From Octopus sinensis (Eukaryota), in assembly GCF_006345805.1 (NCBI RefSeq), contig NC_043007.1, forward strand, positions 64,604,001-64,668,000: a stretch of 64,000 nucleotides of DNA, written 5' to 3'. The translations under genes were made by a program, and so were the position numbers. This document shows, piece after piece, positions 39,739-54,000 of the stretch; the first letter of the stretch is position 1; every line of letters starts with the position of its first letter. The notes beneath the pieces were generated by a model. It made no database searches and had not been told where the DNA came from. It worked only from the letters and a program-made list of their open reading frames with translations.

Positions 39739-40367
39739 ATGTATATGTTTGTGCGTGTGAGTATACACACACAAACGTAGGTATATAAATGTTGGTATAT
39801 ATATATATATATATATTAATAGAAATGTCTGCTTGTACATGTGCATGCGTGTGTATTCTGGAATAAAGATTATAACATAATATTAAATTTCAGTAGGATG
39901 GATCATTCATATTTGAAATTATTTTTCTGAATGACAATGAAAGTATTTAAAATGAACAGAAAATCAAGGGTTTAAATAAAACATATAAATTTTGAACAAC
40001 TGTTACATGTTAGTGTAGAAATAGAAACCAAAATTAGAATGATGAAAATAAAACAAAAATATAAAGATATGAACATACATATACATATAAAAGGTAAGAA
40101 ACACAACTAAATAATAAACAAGATTGAAGTGAGTACTTACAGTCTCCTCCCCTCCCCTCCACTCATACACTAACCTTATTAGCAGAATAAGAGTGTCAAT
40201 ATATGAAGTCTTATCTATATAATGTTACAGTCCATAAAATGAGGCCAATAATATAATAATCTCTCTAATTATATGTGTGCATGCACACACACACATCAAT
40301 AATATTTATATGTGTGTGTGAGTGTGTGTATACATACGCACACATCTACATATATAACATACACACA

Positions 40368-40436
<69 letters not shown>

Positions 40437-43400
40437 CCAAATGTTAGAGGAACTCCATATTTTCTAACATCAATGATTTTAGAAATAATTCCTGATTCAT
40501 TTCAAATCAATAATGTTTTACTTTGACCCTATTTCAACTATATCATATCAGGAAAATAATTACATTAGCATTAATTTATTATTATTTTCATCTTCTTTAC
40601 GGTGCAAACCCAGGTGACACTGTTTAGAACTTATTCCAGTTGCAATAGATTTATTTTGTTCATTTATCACGTCTTGTTACACACACAGTTTTTTGACAAA
40701 TTCCTACACAAAACTGTGAGGCATAAAATTATTCATATATGGTACCGAATTTAAATATAAATACAGAGCTATTATCTGACTAAGTAAATTCAGTATTCAC
40801 CCACTAGATATTAAAGAAATCTCATTAAACTAACTATCAAATAAGTTTGGTGGATGACTATTTACTATTAAAGAGCTGAGTGTAAAAAAAATTTTTTTTA
40901 AACCCATTTATTTATTGAAATTCTATTACTTCTCCATGAGTACACAAATTTAAATTGCTCAAAATATGTTACTTTGCCAAACTGCAGTTTAAAATAAATA
41001 AAATGCAGTATAAAACAGCCGACTAACTGCTTCTTAAAATGAAGAAGTTAGGTTTCACGTTTTTTTAATAAAACAATGTATTTATTTGTATTTACAATTA
41101 GTTTCAAATTACTAGTCATAACAGAGCTAAAGTTCATATGAACAGTAAATTTTATACACTGCATGAATAGTACATATAGAATATCCAAAATAGAATAAAA
41201 CTACACACATCCAATGACATACACACTTATATAGCCTTACTTAAAAATAATATAGCCCTACTACCATACATACATGAGTGTTGCTGACTTAATTCTAAAC
41301 AACCTATTAAAGTGTTCATAAAGGGAACCTGTACTAAAAAGCTGCTTGACCAAAAAAAAAAAAAACCCTATGGACAAGTGGAGGGAAAGTGATTTTATAC
41401 TTCTTTATTCCATTCTTTGATGGCAGTTATATTATGAGATTTACATCATGTTGTCTATTAACCAGAATAACAGGAGGAAAGAAAATATATTCTGATAGAC
41501 TAGCTACTACCTCATACACACAGACTATTCACTGCCCTAATTACACACCCCATTACATGCATGCATACCAATACATACATATACCCACCCATGCATATTG
41601 TACATTGTCAAATGGCATACTATGAAGATGGCTTTATGGAGTATACAACAATAAAATAAAGATGCCCGGAAACAGAAATATGCATAAATAATTCATATAA
41701 TACTTCCTTCAGATCAATGATTAATCTTCAAAATATTTCACTATGTCATTTTTCTTTTGTGGTTCAAGAAAGAAGCTCATATATTTATTTACAAATTAAT
41801 TTTGGAGTATTACTTAGTATTTTTTCAATTGAAATTTAATACAGTCAACATTATCATTAATTTCTTAACAAACATCCTTTTACTCAAATTGTGTATTATC
41901 AAAAGTATTTCACATAGTCCAATGTGATTAATGAGATTATAAAATATTTTAAGATAACTAATTTTAAATTGAGCTATATGCACACATGATTCACCTTTAT
42001 GCTAAATCCTTCTGAAATTAGTCATATTGTTTTACCTGAAATATTAATTCCTTGTCAAATGAAAACTAAAAAAGGTTTACTTGCTAAGACACAAATACCA
42101 AGAAAATATTAAGCTTTTTGGGCAATGTTCTCATTTCTAATACCCTTTACATCTATGAATGAAAAGCTTCCAATATAAAATGGGGAAAAATAAATTAAAA
42201 GCTTCAGATATTTTGATAAGCAACTTTTAATGAAATATGACAGCTAAAATTTATTTTATTTCAATAAATATGATTCTTTACTTTGTCAAACAATATGTTT
42301 AAATGGCTAACATTTTACTGTTATACAAAAGAATCAGTTGCATGACTGTGAATTCAGACATTTATTAAAATAAATATCTGAATTCACAGTTTTAGTACAA
42401 TTATCTGCCCTGTTCCTAATGCTAATCTTTCAACCTTTTCAGTGGCAAATGGTAGGCTTAATCTGTTACTTCCTATTTTGTTTCAATCATGTCCTTCCTA
42501 TTTTGTTTCAAGCATGTGGACTAGATCTCCACTCTGAGGATGACTTAATATTTTGATGTGTTACTTTCTATCATAGCAGCCCATGAAATGTGACTTCTTT
42601 CTCCCTTACCCTCATCAGATTCAGAGGTCTGTACAAAAATCATGGATGTTGTCCTTTCTCTTCATACTTAATAAAAAAATTTGAAAAAAAAAAGGATGAG
42701 CTCTTCACAAATAAATCCTGTTATTTCCCCTACCTATAAAATGTTAGACAATATGCCTATATAAGAAATAAAATGTTTCCAATGTTTGTAATGAATCTTG
42801 TGCAATGGGACAACTCACTATTCCCAAAGATTTAAGCAAGGGTTACTTTTATTATATTAATAACTGTTCTAACATAGGCACAGAATTAATACTATTATCA
42901 TCACTGGCACAAATGGTAGAGTGGCAAAAGTAGTAAAAATAAATCCTCTTTAGTCTAGAAAACTATCTAACCATGCATTAGTTGCTAGTGAATTTGGTCA
43001 ACAATTGAGCATTTCCAATTTCATAGTGGCCAGGTTAAGAGGTAAGATTTTAATGGCTTACTCAGGGAATAGCTAGCTTCAGTGTTAAGATATGAATTTG
43101 TTTTTAATTAAGATGCCAATGCTACATCTATTCAAATATAGTGACTCCTTGAAATAAGATGACTAATTAGATTAACTAAATTTTGAAAATATATCACAGA
43201 AATTCACTAAGAAATTAAAAAGATCTATGTATATAAATAAATTAAAGCTTCTTAAATATAATTCCAAAATACAAACTAAATCAATAGTTCATACATAAAA
43301 GTAAACCAGAAATTCTGATACATTTCCAGAAACTCTTGTAGGTCACTTGACTATGCTTATATAATTTCAAAATTGATTTTTAATGATATCATATTTCTGT

Positions 43401-44128
43401 TTAATCATCTATAGTTGGTGCACCATTTGTGTTATATTGCATAAATTCAAGAATACAAATAAACAAGTCAAACAATAAAGAAGAATAAAACAGAAAACAT
43501 GTCTTTGAATTAAATATGATTAATTGAAGAATCCGGAATCTAGTCAATAACAGAATGGAAAATAAATTTGATACATTTATTACATTAAAATTCCTTATAA
43601 ATTTTAAGCATTTCATTATTAATCATTAAAGTATACCAATTTGAGTATAAAACCATATATCTGATCTTATGGCCAAATTGGTTTCTCATTGTTTTTTAAG
43701 CAACATAATCATTTTTTATTGTTATTTTTAATCCAAAATACACACAATGTGAATAATTTAAACAAAAACAAAACTTTTAATGGATAGTTAGAATATAAAA
43801 AACATTCATAAATTGTAAATTGTAAAATAAAATTGTGCAAATTTTTGTATTTGCAATATCCTCTTTTTGTTGGATGCTCAACAAATGTTATTTTTACTTT
43901 TCCTTTTTGAGGTATCGAAGAAGTTTCAGATATTTTAGAACTATTAAATACTGAAATATGTCTCAGGAGACATCATCAATAATTTAGTTTTATATAACTT
44001 AAGTACAGCTCTGAAAAATGTTTAAAGAAATATTATTTGATGAATGTTAATCTTTGAAAATATTTGATGGTTTAAAAAGATAAGAAATAACTTTTAGCTT
44101 AATCAGATTGTTTAAAACTGTTTAGATA

Positions 44129-44202
<74 letters not shown>

Positions 44203-44606
44203 CAATGATGATGATAATAATAGTTTAATAGAAACTTAACTATATTGGAAGAAATCACTAAACATTCATAGTTAATTACAAAACACTAAAACTAGCTTTA
44301 AAAGATACCAACAAACATTAAGAAATGTTAATAAATGTTAACACTAGTTTTTAGGGGAACATTAAACATTCAGGACTATTGATGAAATGTTAAAACTAAT
44401 TTTTAATATGTTACTAAGCATTCAGGGACAGTGAAAACAAAGGCAGTACTCATCTGGTTAAAAATTGATAAAATATCAAATATTTCAAGTTGACCAAATT
44501 TTTTTTATTATAACTGATATCTTGAGACAGTAGTGAAATTAAAGGTGTTAAAAAACAATAAACTAGTTGGGAAAGGGCTTAAAATTGCCTGAAAATAATT
44601 ACTAAC

Positions 44607-44771
44607 CTTCCGTTCGGCTTCCTCTTCTTCAGCATCTGCTTGGTCTTGTTTCTGTTGCTCATCATAAGACATGGCAACAATGGCTAATATTAAATTAACC
44701 AGATAGAAAGATCCCAGAAAGATGACCAAAATAAAGAATAATGCATGAATGGGACCCTCAGCTCGTATAAC
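44607..44771 (-). CDS. para: Nav1 exon encoding DI S6 and start of I-II loop
   Basis: tttttttgatag|GTT ATA CGA... to ...CGG AAG|gttagt; 165 nt; [55 protein letters not shown]. Confidence 0.98.
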
Positions 44772-46309
44772 CTATCAAAAAAAAAAGTTTTTTCTTTAAA
44801 AAGCAAACATTTGTAATTTGGATAGGAAATTCTAAACATATATGTAAGTTTTATAATTCTTTATCATCTGCAGTTGAGTAAAATAAGTTTGGTAAACAAG
44901 TGAGTATCAACATGGCACAAAAGATTTGATGGAGCTAGAGCAGAATCCAACAGCATAGATTTTCTTCTATGCCTAAAAACAAACTTTACAAAACCTTATG
45001 TAAAGCACAAAATTATATGAAGTATTTAAACTTGGTATATTAAACAAGAGGTGGGAAACCTGTAACCCCTAGACAAATGTGGCCTTATGAAAGAAGTATG
45101 TTGTAGGGAAAATCATTATACTAGAATATATTTTTTTCATGGGCTATCTTTTCAATTACTTGAAAATTTTAGAAACATTTATATTTCTTTATCTACACTT
45201 ATAATTACTTCTTTAAAGTAATTACAATTGTGTTTAAAACAGGGATCTGAAGAACTTTTCAGAAAAAAGTTACAATGATGGTGCTTATTCCAAAACTCTG
45301 CCTTTTTTCACACTTTGTTAGAGTTTATATGAGAAATTACATTTTATAAAATGAGAATTTAGAAGTATCAATATTTTTTTAATGAAGCTTTGCTAAATGG
45401 CAGTTAACTTCAATGTGGCCTGTCAACATTAAAAAAGCTTCCCCACTGCTGCACTAAACTATCAGGAGTAACATTTACTTATAAGTCAGTATCCTTATAT
45501 ACATATACATATATGAAAGATGAGTACAAATATATTTTTGTTAAAATATTAATTATATTTTATTTTTTATATTCTTCCTTTTCCAACTGGCTGAATAAAT
45601 ATCAATTTTCCATTGAATTGCATGTCTCATTCAAAGGGTTTTATTGAAAAAACAAACAAACAAAAAAACCCCAGAGTTTTAACTCCTGATATACTTCCTG
45701 TTACCAATACTCAGAAGCAACAAAAAAGATTTTACAATAAGTGTCTTTCAAGACTTATTGTATGACACCATAAGCTCACAAGATTTTGAAGTTGACACCA
45801 TACACATTAATTTTCTACATTAAAGACCAAATTGGTTCAACATATGCAGCCTCAGCTGTTTCTCCACATTTTTAATAAATTTGACAGTACGTTATCAGAC
45901 TGATAGAGACAAAAAGATATTAATCTAGTTGAAATATAAACAATTTTTCTTAAATCAAATAAGTTTATGCTGATTTGTTGATTACTATTAATTGTTATTT
46001 TAGTACTGGTTTATCAAATTAGGTAATTAGTTGTGTACTTCACTGAATGACCTTAGATACTTCACAGTATGGCCTTAGAAGTGGTGGCTAAAACAAAATA
46101 AAATACTAAAGAGTAAGATGCAGCATTAATTTCTCCACTGTTAAATCACCGGAGAAGATCTGCATGCAAACCCTTCTTTTTTTAAAATTCTAATTTATTC
46201 TCAAAAATACTTACATTTAGGACAATTATGCATAGTAGTTAAAATAGTTCCATCAACAATTATCATCTATAATACTTAAAGAAGAAATTTTAAAGTATAA
46301 AAGACTATT

Positions 46310-47372
46310 GTATTGCCTCCCATATTTTAGCAGTCATCATTGGCTTTGTACAGGAGCTCACTTCTTCTTCCAAGAGCCACAGAAGATTGTCCAGGTAGGA
46401 ACTAAAGTTAACTACCATCTCTGACCCATCAACTGCTACAAGCAGTTGGGTGAAGTTGCTGAAAACAACACGCAACAGCCCAGAACCAAATAGCATTCAC
46501 TCTCCCAATCTGTCAAAGAGCTGATTGTGGTATTGTTGCTATGTTGCCTCCATCAAACAGCTTTTGTTCCCTAGTTCTTAAGTGCATAGGCCTCAGCTCT
46601 GACAATACAGTTTTCATGTTTGCCTGAAAGAAATGTTCAAGGACCATCCTTGCTGCTACCAAGTCAGTCACAATGCCTTTACTAGTCTGCTTTTCTAAAT
46701 TGCTAACTAGTTCTCCCTTTAATCTATTTATTTCTATTAGTAGCTCTTTGTTAAAAGCTATTAATTCTGCTCTAGTCACCCTCTTAAAGGCATCTCACCA
46801 TTGGTTATTGGTGATTGTCCCTGTCCATTGTTGCTTAGCTAATTCACTAATCCAAAACCTGTAGTCTGTGCACTGGTAAGGGTGCATTCAACTTCCAGTA
46901 ACTGGGTCTCTGTCTTCAGATCCTACCTCAGTTGTGATCTGTGTAGTTGACTAATTTGAACTATGGACATCCTATCAGCTAGCTTAACAAATAGCTTATC
47001 TAATATGATCTGGAGCTGTGGTTGTGACACTGGTACATCAAAGAAATCCAGTCAGTACTTGTTGGATAGACGGAAACTTTCAGGCAGGTTTTCAAGGTTT
47101 TCATAGCCCGTTCTCCTATACATTAGTCTCACACAGTCCTTTGTGCATCTAGAACAACCATTCCAATCCCCCATTTGTAGTAGTGATTTGGATGTCCCGA
47201 GGAATACTTCAAAATGTCTGAAAAAAATCTTGCCTTCTAACCCCTGTTGGGCCAATAGTTTAAAGGTATCAACTTTGTTGCTACTCTTGTCCAGGATCAC
47301 CAATTTATCATACAGGTCCAAGAAGGTTGCCCATACCTTAAGATCCAAGGAGTTCTGAAAAAACACTGCCAA
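46310..47372 (-). mobile_element. Decayed L1/Tx1-like LINE (endonuclease C-terminal region)
   Basis: LLQMGDWN (GDFN-like) in ORF 47052-47372 and RPSYWKLNAPL near 46880-46910, matching the YWKLNxSLL motif that follows the APE domain in L1/Tx1 ORF2. Confidence 0.6.
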
Positions 47373-47389
47373 CTACTACCCATTTACAG

Positions 47390-47740
47390 GAAAGTGGTTT
47401 GATCATGAACCAGAGGTTGTGATAAAAAATAAAAATTTCAGGATATTATGGGACTTCTCAGTAGAGATTGACTATATCATTGAAACAAGAAGATCAGTGT
47501 TATTAAAGAGGACAAAATAAACAGCGTAAGATTTTACAGTTCCCTATACTTACAGAATCAATACTAAAGCAATTGAAAGAGCCTGTGGAAAACTAAAACA
47601 ACAAGTATTCCCATAGCAATTGGTGCATTTGGCACAACACCCAAAATGCTACCTATGAGACTGAAAGATATTGGAATTGGGATCATCCTGTATTCTGTAA
47701 GATTCTTAAGAAAGACTCTTGAGATTTGAAGAGACTTTTT
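47390..47740 (+). mobile_element. REL-endonuclease fragment of an R4-like non-LTR element
   Basis: WFDHEPEVVIKNKNFRILWDFSVEIDYIIETRR... resembles W..H.P..V.EN....ILWDF...TD..I..RRPD. Confidence 0.6.
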
Positions 47741-47796
47741 ATCAACAAACCTCAAGATAACATCCCTGCTAATTGAATTAGCATGTAAAAGCTTCG

Positions 47797-47872
47797 CCCT
47801 CCTCCTCCTCCTCCTCCTCCTCCTCCTCCTACTACTACTACTACTACTACAACCACCACCACCACCACCACA

Positions 47873-47914
<42 letters not shown>
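47797..47914. repeat. Compound trinucleotide microsatellite (CCT)n(ACT)n(ACC)n(ACT)n
   Basis: Directly visible. Confidence 0.95.
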
Positions 47915-47915
<1 letters not shown>

Positions 47916-48463
47916 AATGCCCTGATGTAGAATATGGCTGTGGCTCTCATGGCTTCTGATCTTAACTGATTGGAAGTGTTATCATGTACGTTGCTTTGTC
48001 TTGGCATAAAAGATGAGCTACAGCAAATATTCTGATCAATACCATAGATTTGCTTGTCAGTTGTTTGACCCTAACCAGTTGAGCATGTTCCTTAGTGGCT
48101 GACAATATGTACATCCTTGATCATGTGCAGAAGAAGTGGGGGAGCATCACAGCCATGTGTTGAGAGGAATTCTTTGGGATTTGGGATAATTCACCTCTGG
48201 TAACATAGGTGTTTCTTTCAACATCCTTAAACAACCCTTATCCAGGGACCTTTTGAGCAGGATGGGCTACTCAACCTGAAGAAAATTCTAACTGGGCCCC
48301 ACACGCATTATTTATCTTGATATGAGATCACCATGTCACTCACACATGGTTGTGATGCATGTGCCTGGTGTATCTTTATCAGACAGGTAGTCATGATGGG
48401 TATGCTGGGCTTTGTACATTTTACCCCAGTATCACTTTGATGGCATGCACTGCTCTCTCACTC

Positions 48464-48506
<43 letters not shown>

Positions 48507-48832
48507 GTGATAACTGTTGTTAACAGAACTATGAGACCAACAAATTTGATGTGTGTTGGGGAGGAGAAGTTAGTCATCTAAACTGACCCCAGTATTTGAG
48601 TGATAATAATGATTCCTAACATAGATACAAGGTCACAAATGGTTAATCAATTAATTTATTGGTTCTGGAAAAATGAAAGTAAAGTCAACCTTGGCAGGAT
48701 TTGAATTCAGAAAGTTACTAAAGAGCTATAACTAAACAATACAAGGTATTTTATCTGACACACTAATGATTCTGCTAAATAACAATATAGAGAAAAATCT
48801 AGTACTTAATTAAATAACAAATATTATCTTAC

Positions 48833-48977
48833 AAGCTGGTATAAATTTTCCCAATAATCTTGCGTCATCAATCGAAAGGCACATAACATAGCCCAGGCAA
48901 AGTTGTCAAAACTTGTATATCCGAAATTTGGATTATCTCCTATTTCTTGTAAACATGTGAAATTTTCAGCACATTGT
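48833..48977 (-). CDS. para: Nav1 exon encoding DI pore loop (selectivity-filter Asp)
   Basis: ttatctttcag|A CAA TGT... to ...CAG CTT|gtaaga; 145 nt; [48 protein letters not shown]. The [14 protein letters not shown] motif is Nav1-type. Coding frame not in the ORF track. Confidence 0.98.
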
Positions 48978-49186
48978 CTGAAAGATAACAAAAAACATAT
49001 ATTAATAAAAAATAAAATAATTTGGCAAATAATTATTTTCCTATGTAGAAATTACAAAAGTTTACCAAATAAATCTGAAATTATAATTTTTTTATATACC
49101 TAAAAGTACCTAAGCTGAAAAAGAATTGTATATTCATCAAACTGGTAATATAAATCTGTCTGTCTCTCTCTCTCTCTATATATATA

Positions 49187-50470
49187 TCAGGTTCAGTAAA
49201 AAGTAAACAAGGTTTTGAACCATGAAGAATTTGACCCAGATTTTTGCAGAGTTTTGGATTTTTTTTAAACAATTTTTTGCAATTGTCTGATAATACAGAC
49301 ACAGACTTGCCAAAATGCATCAATAAATTAACATTGATATTTTTTTTCACTATTGTTACAATCATCTGAAATGGAACTGTTAAAGTGCGATATTTGGGCA
49401 ATTTTGCTATTCAACTTCGAAAAAGGACATAAAGCAGCTGAAACTGCTTGCAATATCAACAAAATGTTTGGTGAGGAAATGACCAATGAGTGGTCAGCTT
49501 GAAAATGGTTTAACACTTTTGCAGTGGAGACCTGAGTCTTGAAGATCGTGAGTGTAGTGGACACCCATCTGTCATTGATGATGATCAATTAAAGACCGTC
49601 ATTGGGAAAGATCCAGGCAAAACCACTTGAGAATTGGCAAAAGTACTTCATGTTAGCCAGAAAATTGCTTGTAACCATTTGCATGCAATCAGAAAATCAA
49701 AAAAGCTCGACAAATGGGTACCATATGATTTGAATGAAAATCAGAAAATGCACAGATATGAAATTTGCTTGTTGTCTCTTCTCTGTAATCAGACCAATCC
49801 ATTTCTTGACCGTATTGTAACTTGTGATGGAAAGTGGACTCTGTACAATAATAAAAAATGTTCTTCACAGTGGTTGGACCAAAATGAAGCACTGAAAATC
49901 TTCCCTAAACCTGAGCTCTTCAAAAAGGAGGTTATGGTGACTTTGGTGGTGTACTGTTGAACTCATCCTCTATAACTTCTTAAAACCCAGAAAAACCATT
50001 ACTGCAGAAACATATTGCCATGAAATTGCCAAAATGGATGGAAAACTGCAACTCCTCTGTCCAAGACTGGTCAAAAGAAGAGGGCCAATCACTCTTCATG
50101 GCAATACTCAACCACATGTTTCACTAATGATGCTCCAGAAGTTGAGGGAACTTGACTACGAAGTTCTTCCCCACCCAGCTTATTCCCCAGACATTTCTCC
50201 TACTGACTACCACTTTTACAAGCACCTTGATAGCTAACTGTGAGAGAAGGAGTTCAAAAATCAAACCGATGCTGAAAGTGTGTTCAAAGAGTTCATCAGC
50301 TACAGAACTCCAGATTTTTATGTTACCAGAATAAACAAACTTGTAACTTGTTGGCAAAAATGTGTTGATTGTAATAATTATTACTTTGATTAATAAAATT
50401 TTGGCATTATTGAAATATATCGTGATGAATTTCATGTTTTAAAACGTTGCTTACTTTTTACTCAGCCTGA
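49187..50470 (+). mobile_element. Full-length (1284 bp) mariner element with inactivated transposase
   Basis: TA at 49185-86 and 50471-72; TIRs tcaggttcagtaaaaagtaaacaagg / cgttgcttactttttactcagcctga; WVPYDL, IVTCDGKW, TLHGNTQPH and HPAYSPDISPTDY motifs spread over broken frames. Confidence 0.93.
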
Positions 50471-50622
50471 TATGTATATCAAATATTTTACACATCTGGA
50501 TATTTGCATATCAGTTGCTGAAGTGAATATCATTATAGCCACTGACATGGATTTGACAACTGCAGGAAAGTTTTGTGGAGTAGTTTAATAACATATCTTT
50601 TACAGTCACTGTTATCTATGAA

Positions 50623-51017
50623 TTATTACCTCCGCCTAGGAAGGAGGTTATGTTTCCATTGGCGTTGGGTTTTTTTTCCATCTGTCTGTCTGTGTGCAAA
50701 ATAACTCAAAACGTTGTGAACGGTATTTGATTAAACTTGCAGGAAAAGTTGGTAATGACATAAGGAACAGATGATGAAATTTTGGTAGTGATCTGAGAAT
50801 TTTTATGATTCTTGAAGGATTTTTCATCTGTTATATTTACTTTACATGAAGTATTACAATATTACGTTCTTTGATTATTTCCTTTGAAAACACGTTCATC
50901 GTTTCCATGTAACCTATGGTGGCGTTGCTGTTTCCAAAGTTTATTTTCATTTCTCTATTAGTAATTTTACTTGCGTATCTATCTTAAAATGAGCTGCTTG
51001 GTGGAGATTTGCAGAGG
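50623..51017 (+). mobile_element. DINE-1/Helentron-like non-autonomous element
   Basis: ttattacctccgcc.aggaaggaggttatg...(TCTG)n...gcaaaataactcaaaa layout, with cttggtggag near the far end roughly complementary to cctccgcc; family assignment from pattern recognition only. Confidence 0.5.
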
Positions 51018-54000
51018 ATGACATGACAAGCCTTGACTATTGGGATCGACTCATAAAGCTCAGATTTTTCTCCCTCCACCACCGCTGTGAGCTCTATATC
51101 ATCTGTATGATGTGGAAAATATTCCATCAACATTGCCCATCTTTAAAATTTTCTATTCACTTGTCATAGATTTCAAGCCACAATAAACCAAAAAGTTTGA
51201 AACTTTTTGTTTACAAATATAAATTTATAAGCAGCATGATGAACTTTAATTCACACACGCATACACACACTCTCTGTATATTTTGGTGTATATATTCATC
51301 TTTGAAACTTAAAAAATCTTTGGTTAATCTCAGAGGGATCTAATATACTACTTTATATTTTAAGTGCAAAACTCGAACCTTTGATATAATTGGGAAGAAA
51401 ATCTAATAACAGTGAAGGGGGAGCAATTCTCACAATCTCTACAAACTTTTACATATTAGTGAGATTGAGGCAATTGATGTTTAACTAAAAAAACATGTAG
51501 GTCAAAGTTTGTAGGATAAGTGTGTGTAGGGAGAGGCCTATTGGATTTATGAGTCTGGGAAGGAAAGAACTGAAGAAAGTGTTTCATAAAAAGTTTGGTG
51601 TTGTGACATAAAAAGGGCAATGGGAGAAGGAGAAACTATTGGGTCAGATGAACCTAGGTGGACAAGTGTGCAACTAGCTAGTTCAGAAGCAGTAGCATCA
51701 TCTCATATATGTGAGCAGTACTCAGTGTAGGTATATCTTTAGTTAATTTTATAAAAAGATAATAATTATGGATTGGAGCTGAAGTATATTCCTGAAGAGG
51801 AAGATTGGTCCTTGAGTGGTTTTGGTAATGCTTTATATATAAATATGATGGAATCTTTCATCGAAGATAGGAGTGTTCAGTTTTTGATGAACAACCTGCA
51901 CAAATGATTTGTTTATAGTGATCAAATATATGCACTGTATATTAGCTCATTCCCTCCATTAAATTGATGTTGCCTGAACAAGTGCACAATATATCACGTC
52001 AGACATTGAAGTGATCGCTAAGATACTAAGCATAATGTCCCCTTTAAAGAATATTCACATGATCTCTATTCCTGGAAACAGTATAAATTTGGTACTTAGG
52101 GTGTGTAGATGTTACCTGTATTAAGAAAGCAAAGGAGGAAAGGTGGATTGTCTCATCTGCATAGGAACGTATGCTGTGTGGTTAGGAGCTACAGCAATTT
52201 GAATGATTAATATGCAAAAAGGAAAGTATGGAGGACATTAGTGAATCCTGAGGTGCATTAAAATTTGAGTGTGGGTTAAAGAGAGCTTTGCCAGCATATG
52301 TAGTAGTGTGATCAAATATAGGAGATTTCTAATACAAGAAATGAAAGAAGTATGTAAGCCATAAATGAGCAATTTTGTTGGGAGCTTCTCATCTCAGACA
52401 AAGTCATAATCTTTTCTGATGTCAAGAGCAAACAGCTGTAGTCAATGTTCTCAAAGAAGAGTGACTAGTAAAGTGTGATTTATGAAAATCTCAGATAAGT
52501 CTAGCTCAAATGAAGCCAAACTGTGTGGATTCATATATGATGGAGGAGGTACTTGTTAACAATTGTTTTCATCTTTAAGATGAGGTTACTCTTATTTGGA
52601 GATGAGACATACGGGGCTCATGCACATGTGTGTGTGGTGCATGAGAGAGAGAGAGAGAGAGAGAGAGATTGAAGTATTTGGCAAGGATAAGAACTATCTC
52701 TGAAGTGATCTACTTCATAGAAGAGACACTGTCAGGATCACTCCCTTTGTTGGATTGCAGCAGTCAGAGAAGTTTTCTCACTTATATCACACTAATTGTA
52801 TTTACATGGTGGTGGAACAGGGGAGTGGGGAAATGGAAGTTGAGAAGAGAACTTTTGAGAGTGTGCAATTGAGAATTGGAAATAGAGAATGCAACAAATG
52901 TGAAGGCATAGTACAAAAAACGTTGGAAATAAAGAATGCAACAAATGTGGAGGTATAGCATAAGAAAACAACCTAAGTCTTAAATAACTTGTGTTTAGAA
53001 AATATGATATATATATATATATCAATATTATCACTGTCACTTTTATGTCCATATTTTCTGTGCAAGCATAGATTGCATGGAGCTGTAATATAGCACTTCT
53101 TCTTGCTATGAGACACCTTTCTCAGATTAGAATAATCTGTTTCCCAAAGCACCCATGTGTTACTTCTACTGTCAATTCTTGACATCTTTTCTCTCATCAT
53201 ACATCATCTATTCCTATTACATACCTTCTACAGTATAGTACTCAACAAATGTTACTTAAATCAGCTGCTTAATTTATTCATTTGTATTTGACAGTCTTAT
53301 AAGCTAGGCATATAGACTGAATAAAACTTAATATTTTTCCAGTTATATTAAAATATTTTGTATTCACTACGCATGCCTCACTGCCATACATCATATTTCT
53401 TACATGTTTCATATAAATTTGCCTTTTGTATGAAGAGAGGAATCTTTTGATTCAGGTAAAAGCAAATAGTTTATAAGAACTTATTTCACGCAGACTCTCA
53501 TAGTAGCCACTGTGCTATCACTATCGCCATCATCACAGTTAAGTATGAATCTACATAACAAAACTCTATTACTACTTCCAGTTTTCAGATGTTTAAATTT
53601 CTTGCCACTTTATCAGAAATCTCACATCACCTATTGGTATTCCTTTCAAACATACAATATCACCTTATTGTTGTTGAGTGCAGCCCTGCATAAAACTGGT
53701 ATTTACATTTTGGTAATGTTAATCTTCAGGTTTTTTGACTTGAGTCTGCATTTTAAGTTTTGAACTTGTATTTCATCTTCTTCAATATGAAATTAAGATT
53801 AGGTTATCAAAATGAAAATGTTCCCATTGGTGCCAAGTTCTGGTCTTGATGATTGGTCTTAAGGACTATGAAGAAGAGAGGATAACTGAAGATAGATCCT
53901 TAATAGATAGCAAATTTTTTTGTAAGTGTACACAAAGCAAACTCTATGAGGCATATATAAGATACCTGTAAGGCAATGAATGAGAACAGTGTGTCTGAGA

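Larger units (their letters stand above)
13683..44606 (-). other. ~30.9-kb intron of the Nav1 gene (DI S6 exon to I-II loop exon)
   Basis: GT at 44605-44606 and AG at 13683-13684; no further in-frame channel-like exon recognised by eye; small optional exons cannot be excluded. Confidence 0.75.

Noticed and set aside
40137-40180. Another minus-strand gtaagt donor
   Set aside because: Candidate exons of 29 or 34 nt break the frame; no channel-like peptide.
44452-44470. 10-nt match (ATCTGGTTAA) that could act as an editing-complementary sequence for the S6 exon
   Set aside because: Too short to be significant in AT-rich DNA and does not extend convincingly.
45045-45451. Possible hAT MITE (caagaggtgggaaacc...gcttccccactgctg)
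   Set aside because: Termini degenerate and no convincing target-site duplication; not supportable as a feature.
47564-48007. 147-aa ORF with poly-Ser/Gly/Arg
   Set aside because: Product of a compound trinucleotide microsatellite.
51480-52660. Purine-rich, slightly higher-GC stretch suggestive of an old element
   Set aside because: No recognisable protein motif found by eye.
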